A stretch of 63,988 bases of DNA, filler included, from Sanchytrium tribonematis (Eukaryota), in NCBI GenBank assembly GCA_018985235.1. It is 8 parts of 8 records of this genome, joined end to end, with 100 filler letters (N's around TTAATTAATTAA, not from the genome) between each part and the next. Parts side by side here need not be neighbours in the genome. Positions count along the whole stretch, not along the records: positions 1 to 27,201 come from JADGIG010000059.1; 7 more parts are not named here. The stretch is one strand, 5' to 3'. The notes below the pieces were generated by a model. That model saw only the letters and a list, made by a program, of their open reading frames with translations, searched no databases and was not told the DNA's origin. Shown here piece by piece: positions 11,767 to 22,900 of this stretch; position 1 is the stretch's first letter; each line of letters begins with the position of its first letter. Position numbers and translations under genes: made by a program.

Positions 11767-13114
11767 ATGATAAATCCTCAAAAACTGCAACAAGCAGCCG
11801 CTCTCAAAAATCATGCTAGTGCTAGTGCTATAGATATTTATCAAGCGAGAAAAGGTAAAATTCCATTTAATGTCCAAGATAAAGCTATTTTTGAGCAAGT
11901 ATTTAATGAATTTAAACATCAAGATTTTTCATGCTTTAAGAGCTTTTTAAACCAACTGAGGAATTCTTCTCTTGCATTTAGAACTGAAATTGGCTCAAGT
12001 GATGTCGTCATAAGAGGATTTCAATCTATATTGAAAAAGCATGTCGATTTTTGGACAGAGAAGAAATTTAATTTTGATTTGCTGTTAGATACCATAGATG
12101 TATTAAGTGTATTGAAAGTCACTCCTGAACTTGCTCTGAAATATGATATTGGTAAAGCTATTAAAAATGTAATTACTCGTTCAGCAAAGGGTCTCGATCC
12201 AAACTTTCCTTCCCTTGCACATGCCAAGAAATCCTACAATCAATTGAAGGTGAACTGGAAAAACTTTATGAGTGAAGATAAAAATGACAACAAACGAAAA
12301 TCAAGCACCGAATCCAGTGCTGCGAAGAAGCCGAAAGTCGTTGCCGGGCCTTGGACCATCAAAGCTACAGAAGACGTTGAAGAAGATCTTGATCAAATGG
12401 AAGAAGACGACGACGACGATTATCTAATGGCACCCATTTTGCCGCTTAATAACATGAAATCGTTTCCTAAAGGAGTACTAAAAAGTGCTATGAAAAGAAA
12501 AGACCCGGAGGGAGATGAGCAAATGGAAGATGTACCTTCTAAGAAAAAGGTTTTTTTTGATATGAAAATGAACGCTATTAAGCGCATTGATAAGATCGCT
12601 CGTAGAGACACTAGGACATTATACAGCGAAAGAGGAGAGGCTTCACGAGCCTTGAAGCAAAAGGACAGAATGGAATGGAGATCCCCCAGAGGTATTTCTT
12701 TCTTATTTAGAATTGGATTTTGATTTTTCAATTATAGAACGAGGTATGGAAAGTGAAGAAGCAATTTTGCAAGCAAACCGAGAAAGAAATTCCTCACAAT
12801 CACCCTACACCTCTAACATTAGCATACCTGATATGCCAAGGGAGATTGCAGATCAACAAGTTACAAGAGCGCATATGCATAACGATTTTAAATTTTTCAA
12901 ATGGTCTGTTTCAGAAAATAGGCCCGATAATTTGCAATATTTTGCTAGTTACGTCTTGATACCTCAATTGCATCTAGAGCAGGAAATGACGACTGATGCT
13001 CTTGTTCCGCTTGAAAAATTAAGGGCAGCTCTAGAACCGTCCTTAAGGTGTCCCTTTGACCCTTGCAAGTCAGGTTCGTACTGTGGTTTTCAACACGAAT
13101 TAGAAAACATTTGA
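11767..13114 (+). CDS. PNUTS/Ppn1/Ref2-like PP1 regulator; exons 11767-12691 and 12711-13114
   Basis: TFIIS-N-like helical domain (LALKYDIGKAIK...WK), LKSAMK plus KKKVFF (RVxF), C-terminal CCCH finger in exon 2. Confidence 0.65.
12692..12710 (+). other. 19-nt spliceosomal intron GTATTTCTTTCTTATTTAG
   Basis: GT-AG; removal gives WRSPR-E-LDFD, in frame with ORF 12713. Confidence 0.88.
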
Positions 13115-13285
13115 TTTAATATATGTTAATAAAATTATTTGCTTTATCGTCATTCAATTCAATTAGTTAGTCATATAGATGTGAATTTGACAAGTCCGAT
13201 TTTGCCGCATTGGATCAAAATTTGGATAGATGGCGGAATCTAATTTTAGATGGTAGCTTAAAAGCAAAAATACCCCAAAACTGTA

Positions 13286-14441
13286 ATGTTCTCTATATAT
13301 ACACAACAATCACCTTTTTATCAAGATACCGATTATTTAAACACGAAAGCAATTCCCATTCGAAAATCAGATGCAAATACTGAGTACTCACCACTCTCAC
13401 CAAGGTCTGTATCACCATTAAGTCAAACAGCTTCGGTGTTAGGCAGTAGTTATGGAAGTAATGCTAGCATTTCAACTTTAACATCATCATCGAAGAAGAC
13501 TAATTATCGTCAGTTGGCACAAAAATTGGAGCAAGACCCACGTTTATTTAATACTATATTCCATCAAGTGATAGGTAATTTTAATAGCATTGCCGCTGAT
13601 CCAGCAGGAAATTACTTATGCCAAGCATTGGTTGAGCATGCCAACAATGACCAAATGGGAAATATGTTGACGAGAATGTCTTCCAACTGGCTTGGGATTG
13701 TTAACCATCCTCACGGAACAAGAGTCGCTCAAAAAATGGCAGAGTGCCTTCGTGTACCATCACAGCATTCGATTTTTGTTCAAAATTGCATGGAAAACTT
13801 GACAGAAATGATAAGACACAATAATGGTAACCATGTAGTCAGGAAAGTTGTCCAGCATTTTCCTTTTCATTACTCTTCATGTGTATACCAAGCATTTCTT
13901 GACAATTTGGATATTTACAGTCGAGACAAATATGGTGTTTGTGTCATTCAAAACGCCTTGGATGCCTCCTCAGAGCAAACCAGGCAATTATTTTATACAC
14001 ATTTGCAACCTCGAGCTATGAATATGATTACAGATAAGTTTGCAAATTATTTAGTGCAATATGTGTTGGACAAGGCAAGTAAGCCTATTGTTGAAGAATG
14101 GATTTTAATGTTTTTACCAGAATTGTTTAGATTATGCCAAGACCAATGTGCATCTAATGTTATCGAAAAAGCAATCAAATATTCAAGCCCTATGCTCAGA
14201 AATATTCTGATCGACGAGCTTGTCGGAAGAGCAAGTGAACTTGCCTTGGACCCTTTTGGAAATTATGTTTTACAAACTGCTTTGGAATATTCAGAGCGAT
14301 CTTCTTTTATTAGCATGTCAAATGCCTTGATTAGTTCCGAGAGTGAGCTTAAAATGACTCCATTTGTATATTATTTTAACTTAGGGACGAAATGTTCTCA
14401 ATAAAATTGGGAGACTCAGAAAGAAGAAGTTATCTTGTTAA
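13286..14441 (+). CDS. Pumilio/PUF RNA-binding protein (Puf4/Puf5 type); exons 13286-14365 and 14385-14441
   Basis: PUF repeats GNYLCQ, GTRVAQ, GNHVVR, GVCVIQ, ANYLVQ, ASNVIE, GNYVLQ; splicing restores the capping helix TPFGRNVLNKI. Confidence 0.92.
14366..14384 (+). other. 19-nt spliceosomal intron GTATATTATTTTAACTTAG
   Basis: GT-AG, phase 0; removal yields the conserved PUF C-cap (PFGRNVLNKI). Confidence 0.88.
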
Positions 14442-14465
14442 GTAAATTTATTATATTTTTAATTG

Positions 14466-14699
14466 TTATTCTATTTTCACATTAAGCATTTTAACAATCA
14501 TAACGTTTAAAATCAACCATAAAATTAAATTTATAACTAGTAAAATAAAAACAGAAATTTCCCACGTCATCAACGCCAAAGAGAGTAACACTATTTCTAA
14601 TAATAAAAAAGAAACATTCATGCCTAATATGACTGGCTTAGTTATCTTACCGGGCTCCAGGAATCCCAGATCGACCGGTTCTTCGTATTTCATTGTCAT
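14466..14699 (-). CDS. PKR1: Pkr1-like ER V-ATPase assembly factor
   Basis: Small two-TM protein with EPG....VI..MNVSFLLL...LW pattern. Confidence 0.65.
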   Translation of the reverse strand: MTMKYEEPVDLGFLEPGKITKPVILGMNVSFLLLEIVLLSLALMTWEISVFILLVINLILWLILNVMIVKMLNVKIE

Positions 14700-14835
14700 T
14701 AGTTTCAGAAGTTTCTCCACATCTATTATTAATAATAATATAAAAATCTAATACTAATAATTTGAGTTGGAAAAGAATTAAATTTGATTCTTTCGAGTGA
14801 AAAAAATATATTTAGTTAATCCCTTGTGTTATAAA

Positions 14836-15231
14836 ATGGAAGAATTATTGCGAAAAGCTTGTTTAGATGCAAAAGAAAAAGCTTATTGTCCATATTCTAA
14901 ATTTCGTGTAGGTTGTGCAGTACTTACAACTGATGATCTATTATATACAGGATGCAATGTTGAAAATGCAAGCTATGGTGGAGCTATTTGTGCAGAAAGA
15001 ACTGCAATTTGCAAGGCTGTTTCAGAAGGACACCAAAAGTTTAAAGCGTTAGGTGTAATAACGGATTTACAAGATCCTGCAACACCTTGCGGAATCTGCC
15101 GACAATTTATACGTGAATTTGGAAAGGATACCCTTATTTTTTGTTTTGGAAACAATGGCAAAACCTTAAAAATGACATTAGAAGAATTTTTACCGAAATC
15201 TTTTGGCCCAGAGGACCTTAATAAACCGTGA
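14836..15231 (+). CDS. CDD1: Cytidine deaminase (homotetrameric type)
   Basis: AYCPYSKFRVG, GCNVENASY, ICAERTA, PCGICRQ, LPKSFGP. Confidence 0.97.
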   Translation: MEELLRKACLDAKEKAYCPYSKFRVGCAVLTTDDLLYTGCNVENASYGGAICAERTAICKAVSEGHQKFKALGVITDLQDPATPCGICRQFIREFGKDTLIFCFGNNGKTLKMTLEEFLPKSFGPEDLNKP

Positions 15232-15368
15232 AATGTTGGTAAATTTGTTAATTCGTAAGCTCCAATTTGTTCTTCAGTCACCAATCACAATTAATGCAAA
15301 AGCTATTCACCAATCAGCGAGATTCTCCCTTGATTAAAAATCTCACACTCGTAGGGTTTTAGAGATAC

Positions 15369-16295
15369 ATGAAAGATTTGCTCATCATCGCATTTAATAC
15401 GGATCTTAAGCCAATTCGAAGAAAAAAACAATCAGAACTCTCATTATGCTCCCAAAATATACAAATAATTACTATGGAATTAGCATCGTTCCATAGACTC
15501 ACTAGCCTTTATTTATGCTGCAATTCTTTAAAAAATATTCCACCATCAATCCTGGAATTAAAAGAGCTCACATTTTTATCTTTGAAAGTCAATGAAATTA
15601 AAAATCTACCTGATTTGCGAAGTTTAACAAAATTGAAAGAATTTGATATCAGTCAAAATAAGATTACAACCATATTAGGGTTACCGAAGTCCATCAAAAA
15701 GCTTAATTTAAGCAGTAATTCCATTGCCAAATTGCCTCAAAGTATTGGGGAATTATCCAAATTACAACATTTGAACGTCTCCAACAACCCTCTCATAAAT
15801 ATGCCCTCGACTATCCACAAGTGCCGCTATTTGGCGAAATTTATGACTGCAAATTGTTTATTTGTTCCCAAAATATCTACAAATGCTATGCCATCTTTGA
15901 AAGAGTTGGCTGCTAGAAATATAATTTCATCTCAACAGCCTATTACAAAGTCTAAGCTGCCTTCTCATATTGAAGTCAATCCTAGAAGAAACGTCTTGAG
16001 AAGACTAGCAATTCCAAGAAAGTCTCTTAGAATCGGAAGTAACAAAAGTCCTGTGGACTCCATACTATCCGTCTCAACTTTAACCATTAGCAACAATACA
16101 ATACCCAAACATTTAATGACTTATTTTGATTCTTATCGAGAATGCGCCTCTTGCTCTACTCCAATATGGAACTACTGTTCTCGATACTCTGTTATGAGGA
16201 GGGACGTCGATATTCCAATAGAACACCAACTCTGCTCTTCTCATTGGGACGATAATGACGAAAGAATAATGTCTTTCTTTGAACCGCATCATTAA
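15369..16295 (+). CDS. LRR protein with BC/SOCS-like box and C-terminal Cys cluster (LRRC58/LRRC28-like cullin adaptor)
   Basis: LxLxxN repeats, PSLKELAAR, CASC...LCS. Confidence 0.65.
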   Translation: MKDLLIIAFNTDLKPIRRKKQSELSLCSQNIQIITMELASFHRLTSLYLCCNSLKNIPPSILELKELTFLSLKVNEIKNLPDLRSLTKLKEFDISQNKITTILGLPKSIKKLNLSSNSIAKLPQSIGELSKLQHLNVSNNPLINMPSTIHKCRYLAKFMTANCLFVPKISTNAMPSLKELAARNIISSQQPITKSKLPSHIEVNPRRNVLRRLAIPRKSLRIGSNKSPVDSILSVSTLTISNNTIPKHLMTYFDSYRECASCSTPIWNYCSRYSVMRRDVDIPIEHQLCSSHWDDNDERIMSFFEPHH

Positions 16296-16339
16296 TAAAT
16301 TCTGCTTTGCGATAAGACGTGCATTTTGAAACTTACCAA

Positions 16340-18094
16340 ATGATCTTTTTCAACATGCTGTTTTGCTCTTTTGTGAAACTATCTTCCACCGGGTTTGATT
16401 TGCGTAAACGGGAATTTGGGAGCCAAACAACCACGATTGAGATAATTTGGAAAGGAGATTTTTTAATTTTTAGATTAGAGGAAAACCCGACTGACATCTT
16501 TGTTGACGGAATTTTGCAATCGGTATATCAATTTCTAGGACAGACAGATGACGGAATAAGGGGTGTTTTTATTTATAATAATAATACTTGGCAAGGATCA
16601 TTTACGGCTAACAACACAGTTTATCATGTATTCCCAGAACAACATCCAAGAGCAATTAAAAAAAGAGACGGACTGCACTTTATTACAGAAGCAGAAGATA
16701 ATGAATTTGAATGTCAAACAACTGGGAATCGAGCACAAAAGCAGTCAATTCAAAAACGTAGCAATGTGAATTGCCCCGAGGCTAGGAAAATACTACCAGT
16801 GTGTATTGCAGTAGATTGTAATTATTATAACTTGTACAAGGATCTCACCTCGGCAAATGTCTTGCAAGAAATGGGGTTGGCATCTTTAATTACTGAAGAT
16901 AATATAAACGTGGGTTTAGGCATTGTAAAAATTGATATTCGAACAAGTTGCGGGCTGGGGAATGACAATGCTGTTTGGAACCAGCAGTGTTCCCCAAGCA
17001 ACGTCATTTCTAAGCTGAATGAATTCACAAAATGGAGAGGAACACAAGATGGGACTTGTGGTGTTTGGCATCTAGTTACTCAATGCTCCTACACCCCAAC
17101 GCTTGGTATTGCATGGATAGGCCAAGCATGTCAGTCAAAAGTTATTCAACAAAGTAATGACTTTGTAAGCGGCACAGGTTTAAGTTCAGTAACAAATGAT
17201 GGCTTTAGGGTTGTAGCACACGAGATCATGCATAATTTGGGAGCCTCTCACGATTGTGTTGCCTCTCAATGTGACCAAGGTTGCAACACCAATAGCTGCG
17301 ATTGTTGCCCATGTGATGGTTGTGATTGTAAAGGACAATATCTCATGCACCCATCTTTGACTTTATCCTCTAAAATATCATCCTGTACAAAATCAGACGT
17401 CTGTGGAGGACTTCCTTTCGTAGGCACTTGTCTTAAAGAGGAATTAAAACTAAATTTCAAGACAATTCCATTTTGCGGAAATGGTATTATAGAAGGATCA
17501 GAGGAGTGTGATCCTGGCAGTATGGCCAATAATTGCTGCACAGCAGATTGTAAATTAGTATTGGGCGCACAATGTAGCGATACTAATCATGGCTGCTGTG
17601 AAAATTGTAAAATTTCTGCCAGTGGTAAAACATGCAGAAATGCCCAAAATGAATGCGATCTTGCAGAAATTTGCAATGGTTCTTCTATTCAATGTCCCAC
17701 TGATGCATTTAAATCAGATGGGACGTCTTGTTCTAAGGGCCGTTGCTCCTCTGGGCTATGCACGAATAAAGATGATCAGTGTGCTTTGAAAGGCGGAAGA
17801 TTAGGGTTTACAAAAGGATGCACAACTGGCTGTACCATGATGTGCATGGGTTCTAATGGCATATGTACAGATACCCAATCCTTGTTTTTAGATGGAACTG
17901 ACTGTCAATTAAACGGCAAATGCTCCCAGGGTATTTGTTCATTTGATAACAGCTCGGATAAGATTATTTCGTGGATAAGTGAAAATGCAATTGCATTTGG
18001 AGTTATGATCACTGTAATTAGTTTAGTCTCAATTTATTTAATGTTAAAATATAGAAAAAGTAAAAAAGGAGCGCCCCCAACTCCGATTCAATAA
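16340..18094 (+). CDS. ADAM-family zinc metalloprotease (type I membrane protein)
   Basis: HEIMHNLGASHD zinc motif, Met-turn YLMHP, CGNGIIEGSEECD disintegrin domain, Cys-rich region, C-terminal TM. Confidence 0.93.
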   Translation: MIFFNMLFCSFVKLSSTGFDLRKREFGSQTTTIEIIWKGDFLIFRLEENPTDIFVDGILQSVYQFLGQTDDGIRGVFIYNNNTWQGSFTANNTVYHVFPEQHPRAIKKRDGLHFITEAEDNEFECQTTGNRAQKQSIQKRSNVNCPEARKILPVCIAVDCNYYNLYKDLTSANVLQEMGLASLITEDNINVGLGIVKIDIRTSCGLGNDNAVWNQQCSPSNVISKLNEFTKWRGTQDGTCGVWHLVTQCSYTPTLGIAWIGQACQSKVIQQSNDFVSGTGLSSVTNDGFRVVAHEIMHNLGASHDCVASQCDQGCNTNSCDCCPCDGCDCKGQYLMHPSLTLSSKISSCTKSDVCGGLPFVGTCLKEELKLNFKTIPFCGNGIIEGSEECDPGSMANNCCTADCKLVLGAQCSDTNHGCCENCKISASGKTCRNAQNECDLAEICNGSSIQCPTDAFKSDGTSCSKGRCSSGLCTNKDDQCALKGGRLGFTKGCTTGCTMMCMGSNGICTDTQSLFLDGTDCQLNGKCSQGICSFDNSSDKIISWISENAIAFGVMITVISLVSIYLMLKYRKSKKGAPPTPIQ

Positions 18095-19060
18095 CTAGTT
18101 ATTTTCATGGTATTCAACTGGAGGCGGAATGCTTTTTGAGTGCATTTCGAATCCAGCCATTTCCAAGAATTCCATGTTCTCGGCTCTACTAAAAGGTGAG
18201 TAATTTGGATTTTTTATCTTAAATTCCTCTGGATCATACTCAAATACGGATATAGCTTCAAGCTGGTCAATTTTAAAATTTTCTTCAGAAGTAAATTGCG
18301 GAGAAGAATATGTAGAGGAAGTTGGCTTAGCAAAGCAATTTCCTGTGAAATCGTCTTTAAGAAATAAACCGAAATATTCCAACTGTCCGCCAAAGCCCAT
18401 GCCATTTATACAGGATGCCGATTTTACTGAGAGATATGCATAGTTTTCATTATAATAGGTTGGTTTATAAATTTTTGAATCTTTACCATGTAAATTAAAT
18501 AAATAGTTTTGACCAGTTCCAAAGAAACTTCCTGGATTGCTCACCCAAGGAGAAGACATATATGCACCAAAAGTTTTACCTCCACTTCTAATTAAAATTA
18601 AAGTTAAAGACGGACAGCAAAGTAAAGAATTTAAAAATTGACTCCAAGATTCACCATTAATCTTAGAATTGTAAATCACTTTCCAACTTTTCCGACAATT
18701 TTCGGGCAAATAGCATTGTAAGAAGCAAACATCCATAGTTTTTAGCAGGAATGTTTTACCCAGTAATTGAGGAATTTCAAACCCTTGAGAACGTGCGTCT
18801 GGAACGGTTCTTTTCAAAAGCCTATTGAAGTGATAATCTAGCATCTTTTTGAGATGCGATTCGAAATGAGAGTCAATTGGCAAATCATAACTTTTATCCA
18901 ATTTTGTGTTCTGAGAGTAAATGTCCAAAATTGGCTTGACAATATTAGCGAGTTGAATTTCTTCCTTCTTTAGCCATTTCGATATGATTTCTTTTTCAAA
19001 ATAATTGTCCAATAATTGAAAATCCACAATTTCCTCCGACGAAGATGTTGTTTGCCCCAT
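18095..19060 (-). CDS. TLDc-domain protein with N-myristoylation motif (Rtc5/MEAK7-like)
   Basis: MGQTTS start; YNSKINGES, FGAY...PW, FFGTGQNYLF, NENYAY, GMGFGG. Confidence 0.85.
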   Translation of the reverse strand: MGQTTSSSEEIVDFQLLDNYFEKEIISKWLKKEEIQLANIVKPILDIYSQNTKLDKSYDLPIDSHFESHLKKMLDYHFNRLLKRTVPDARSQGFEIPQLLGKTFLLKTMDVCFLQCYLPENCRKSWKVIYNSKINGESWSQFLNSLLCCPSLTLILIRSGGKTFGAYMSSPWVSNPGSFFGTGQNYLFNLHGKDSKIYKPTYYNENYAYLSVKSASCINGMGFGGQLEYFGLFLKDDFTGNCFAKPTSSTYSSPQFTSEENFKIDQLEAISVFEYDPEEFKIKNPNYSPFSRAENMEFLEMAGFEMHSKSIPPPVEYHENN

Positions 19061-19200
19061 TGGTTTTGCAAATGATTTTTACGTTTAAAATTTTTATTTG
19101 AAAAGATTTCAATTCGACATGATTATTTTTTGCGTGTCTGAGTTTAAGATAGCCAAATAGATATTTTTGGGGAAATATTTAAAACAATAATTTGCATTTG

Positions 19201-21465
19201 ATGGTAAGAGGAGAATTACAAGAAATCTATCAGGGGACAGTCCACGATGTATGCGCAGACAACGGTAAATTGTATTTACAAACCGATGAAGGCGTATCTG
19301 TTATCAATAAAGATGGAGATCTTGTAGAGGAATTACAAATCCAAGCCGACTATTTTAAGGTGTTGGAGGGTGTAATCTATCACATTAGAGAATCTGTGCT
19401 TTATAGAGATAGAACTAAGATAGCTAATTGCACGGATTTTCAGGCCTTGTCAAATTTATTGAAACAACATATTATTTATGCTTATGAGCAACCAATATTG
19501 CAAAAAATAACTATAAACAATTCTTTAAATCAACTAAAGGAAGAATTTGAGATTTCGCTTTTAGATTACTATGTAACCTCTGATGAAAAATTACTAATCC
19601 AAACTCAGAAACATCTGGGTCTCTACCAATATGGACACAGTCAGCCATACCTAATTATAAACGATTACGTTCTATCCTTGCCATTGCTGGGGGGCTACAA
19701 ACATCACTATATATTTGATTCGACTCAGTATTTGTACATTTGCAGATACAAAGGAGGAGTAGTTTATAAAGGCAGAGATCCTATAGCGACAATTAATTTC
19801 ACTAGCCCTGCCAACGGCATCTTATTAGGAGGTTTTTTATATTCTCTTGAGCAAGGAAACTTGTCCATTTTTCATTGCTTCACACGCGAATCTACAAATA
19901 TTAAAATCCAAGGCAATTTATTGAAAACCAGCGAAGGCGCTTTTATTTACGATGGAAAATCTATTTTTAAGATCGTTTTAAAGGATTTTAGCGACATTCA
20001 GCGTACTCTCTGTGATGCAAATTTGCATCCCATGGCACTCGACCTCTTAAAATCCAATCAACACGAACTAGACATTCAGACATATTCGACTATCATAAAA
20101 AAACAATTTATCCATTTCCTTATAGATGAAAAAAAATACGACCAGTCTTGCCTGCTAATGACCGAAATACAATATCCACTTCGTGACTTTGTAAGACATT
20201 TTCCAGAGGTGGTTCCGAAAACATTTGTTATGGAAGGAGTCAAAATATCAAGTGATAATGATATTAAAGCTAGTGTTATACATCCCTTTTTGCCATATTT
20301 GTCAAGTCTGAGATCTAAATTTGTAGAAGTTGACACAATCTTGTTTTATATTTACTCAAAGATAAATGTAGGATTATTGGAGTCACTAATAAGAGTAGAA
20401 AATAACTGCGACTTGGATGTCTGTGGCTCGATTTTACTTGAAAAGAGTATGATTGACATTTGGATTAAGTTTTATTTCAGCAAGGAAAAACACCAGGAAG
20501 CCATTGATATCATGATCGAAAAAGATTTTGAAAGCAAGCACTTCATAAAGTATTTTGATATGCTTTTAGAAAAAGGACTAACCGATTGGCTATTTCAATA
20601 TGCAGCCCCTTGGTTCTTAAAAAGCAAAAGAAATTTTTCTTTCTTTGTTTCTCATCCGAAATTGCAGAAAGACAAATACAAACTAAAAATTCTTGAAATT
20701 TTAGAATTTGATCATAGGCTGCAGCGCGAGTATTTACAAGACTTGGTTTTTCAGTTCAAAGCAGACTCCGTTTATCACACAAAATTAATGTTGATACAAA
20801 TAGAGATTATATCAGACTTGTTAAACAGTGGCTTGTCTCTAGAAGATGATAAAATTATGCAGGAACGTCTGCTATTTCGTGAATTTTTAACTACTTCAAA
20901 AAAATATGATGGGAATGCGCTAGTCTCGCAATTAAATACTCTAAACTTAGATTTTGAGACAGCTTTAGTATACAAGAGTTTAAAAAGACACATTGAGGCC
21001 TTGAAAATATACGTTTTGAAAATGCAAAATCACGTTGAGGCTGAAAATTATTGTTTTGATGTATACTATGACTCGGACGACAAAAATATCTTCAAGCTTT
21101 TATTTCATATTTATTTTGAATACGATTCGAAAAGTTTAGCAGCTTTTTCGGACAAATATGTAGACTATTTGGATCCTATTGATTGTTTACAACATTTATC
21201 TATAAATTTGAGACTTGCTGAAATAACGCACTACGTTGACAAATCTAACAGAAGTAAAATGAAAGATTACCAGAGAAGTGGCCTAAGGAAAAATCAATTA
21301 AAAGTTCAACATTCAAGGCTACGTCAAGAACGCTATTTCGAACTTTCACAATCTTGCACTATCGATGCTTACAAGGTGTGCTTCAACTGCAATAGAAGAA
21401 TAGGAGATAAGGCCTGTTATATTTACCAGGGTAATCTCTGTTGTGCCAATTGCGTGACTGAATAA
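19201..21465 (+). CDS. Vps39/Vam6-like HOPS/CORVET subunit
   Basis: DTILF..Y...N...LESLIRVENNC (Vps39_1), HIEALKIYV...AENYC, C-terminal CxxC..RIG zinc finger. Confidence 0.8.
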   Translation: MVRGELQEIYQGTVHDVCADNGKLYLQTDEGVSVINKDGDLVEELQIQADYFKVLEGVIYHIRESVLYRDRTKIANCTDFQALSNLLKQHIIYAYEQPILQKITINNSLNQLKEEFEISLLDYYVTSDEKLLIQTQKHLGLYQYGHSQPYLIINDYVLSLPLLGGYKHHYIFDSTQYLYICRYKGGVVYKGRDPIATINFTSPANGILLGGFLYSLEQGNLSIFHCFTRESTNIKIQGNLLKTSEGAFIYDGKSIFKIVLKDFSDIQRTLCDANLHPMALDLLKSNQHELDIQTYSTIIKKQFIHFLIDEKKYDQSCLLMTEIQYPLRDFVRHFPEVVPKTFVMEGVKISSDNDIKASVIHPFLPYLSSLRSKFVEVDTILFYIYSKINVGLLESLIRVENNCDLDVCGSILLEKSMIDIWIKFYFSKEKHQEAIDIMIEKDFESKHFIKYFDMLLEKGLTDWLFQYAAPWFLKSKRNFSFFVSHPKLQKDKYKLKILEILEFDHRLQREYLQDLVFQFKADSVYHTKLMLIQIEIISDLLNSGLSLEDDKIMQERLLFREFLTTSKKYDGNALVSQLNTLNLDFETALVYKSLKRHIEALKIYVLKMQNHVEAENYCFDVYYDSDDKNIFKLLFHIYFEYDSKSLAAFSDKYVDYLDPIDCLQHLSINLRLAEITHYVDKSNRSKMKDYQRSGLRKNQLKVQHSRLRQERYFELSQSCTIDAYKVCFNCNRRIGDKACYIYQGNLCCANCVTE

Positions 21466-21486
21466 AATGTATTTTGAAACGCTCCT

Positions 21487-22842
21487 ATGCATTTACTACT
21501 AATTTTATGCCTTTACGCTAATAATCGATTTGTCAGCTTTGAGGAATTTAAAAAAATGAACGCTTTTAATAATCCAGTTGAACTTCCATCGGATTTAAAA
21601 GACAGATACAATTATGCAAGTAGTCAGTGTGCTGCCAGTGTCCTTAAAGTCAATAAAGAAGCCAAAGGATCTAGCCGAATTCTTAATGACAACAAAGACA
21701 GTTATATGCTTAACCCTTGTAGTGTCAAAGATCAATTCATTATTTTAGAATTATGCGAAGACATTTTAATAGATACACTTGTGGTCGGTAATTTTGAATA
21801 TTTTTCATCAACTTTTAAGCAATTGAGGATCAGTGTTGCCCAAAGATACCCTCCAACACAAGGATGGGTAGTACTGAGTGAATTTATGGCTAAAAATACC
21901 AAAAGGAAGCAAATTTTTCAGATTTCAAATCCAATTATTTGGGCAAGATTTGTGAAAATTGATTTTGTTTCTCACTACGATAATCAATATTATTGCCCAC
22001 TTTCTTTGTTGCAAGTGTACGGAACTTCAATGATCGAAGAATACAAGAAGTTTGTAGACGATTCTGTTTATATACCACCACTAGCTCTACCCAGCAGCCC
22101 AAACAATTCAGCTGAGCCTTATCCTGTAACATTTGAAGAAGACTACTTTTTGCTAGACGACCCACTTTCTTCTAATTTGACTGAAGATTATGCCATTTAT
22201 GCTGAAGAATGGCTCAATTATTGTGTGGCGCATGATTTTTATTTTGAATTTTCTCAAAAATGTTTTACATCGAACGACGCTTATAGATCTAATGATGTGA
22301 CTTGGGATTTGCTGCATAGCAAGTTGCCTCAAAGTGTTTATACAAGTATTATAAGTGGTATGGCAAATTTGGAGAAAAATCATATTAAATTGATAAAGCA
22401 GGTTCACAACAACAATCTGAAGATAAGCGAAAAATTTAGAAAAATTGATCAGAAACTCGTCGCAATTGAAAAAATGAATCTCATGTTAAACCTTACACTA
22501 TACGATGAGCTAGCTAAGATCAGGATCAGTCTTGACTTATTTGAAAAACGTCAGAAAAAGAATTATCAGAATCTAGAGACTGATATTAAGGCTCAACTGA
22601 ACGATCTCACATATAAATTAGAAAGGATATTTGAAGAGACATTGGAAAATAGAAAATGGGATAGATTTAGATCATTTCTCTTTCTTTTGTTATTTCTAGT
22701 CGTTGTTGCACACAAATCAAATATTTACAAGTACGCCACATCTGTGCTATTTTACCACTCTCCAAGCGCATCTCCTACAAAATCTAATTCTGCAATGAGT
22801 CTACCGGGTTCGCCATTACTTAGAAAGCGGAAATCTGAATAA
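21487..22842 (+). CDS. SLP1: Mid-SUN-domain ER protein Slp1/SUCO
   Basis: FVSFEEFKK, RYNYAS.QCAA, NKDSYMLNPC, ELCEDI, NFEYFSS, YYCPLSLLQVYG; coiled coil plus TM. Confidence 0.9.
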   Translation: MHLLLILCLYANNRFVSFEEFKKMNAFNNPVELPSDLKDRYNYASSQCAASVLKVNKEAKGSSRILNDNKDSYMLNPCSVKDQFIILELCEDILIDTLVVGNFEYFSSTFKQLRISVAQRYPPTQGWVVLSEFMAKNTKRKQIFQISNPIIWARFVKIDFVSHYDNQYYCPLSLLQVYGTSMIEEYKKFVDDSVYIPPLALPSSPNNSAEPYPVTFEEDYFLLDDPLSSNLTEDYAIYAEEWLNYCVAHDFYFEFSQKCFTSNDAYRSNDVTWDLLHSKLPQSVYTSIISGMANLEKNHIKLIKQVHNNNLKISEKFRKIDQKLVAIEKMNLMLNLTLYDELAKIRISLDLFEKRQKKNYQNLETDIKAQLNDLTYKLERIFEETLENRKWDRFRSFLFLLLFLVVVAHKSNIYKYATSVLFYHSPSASPTKSNSAMSLPGSPLLRKRKSE

Positions 22843-22900
22843 ATTTCTGTATCACCCTTTCGAATAGCGTTGTGTTCTACAAAAAGGGTCAAACGGTCAC

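Noticed and set aside
19142..19160. 19-nt GT...AG upstream of Vps39
   Set aside because: Lacks GTA and T12; splicing to the upstream ATG at 19119 hits a stop
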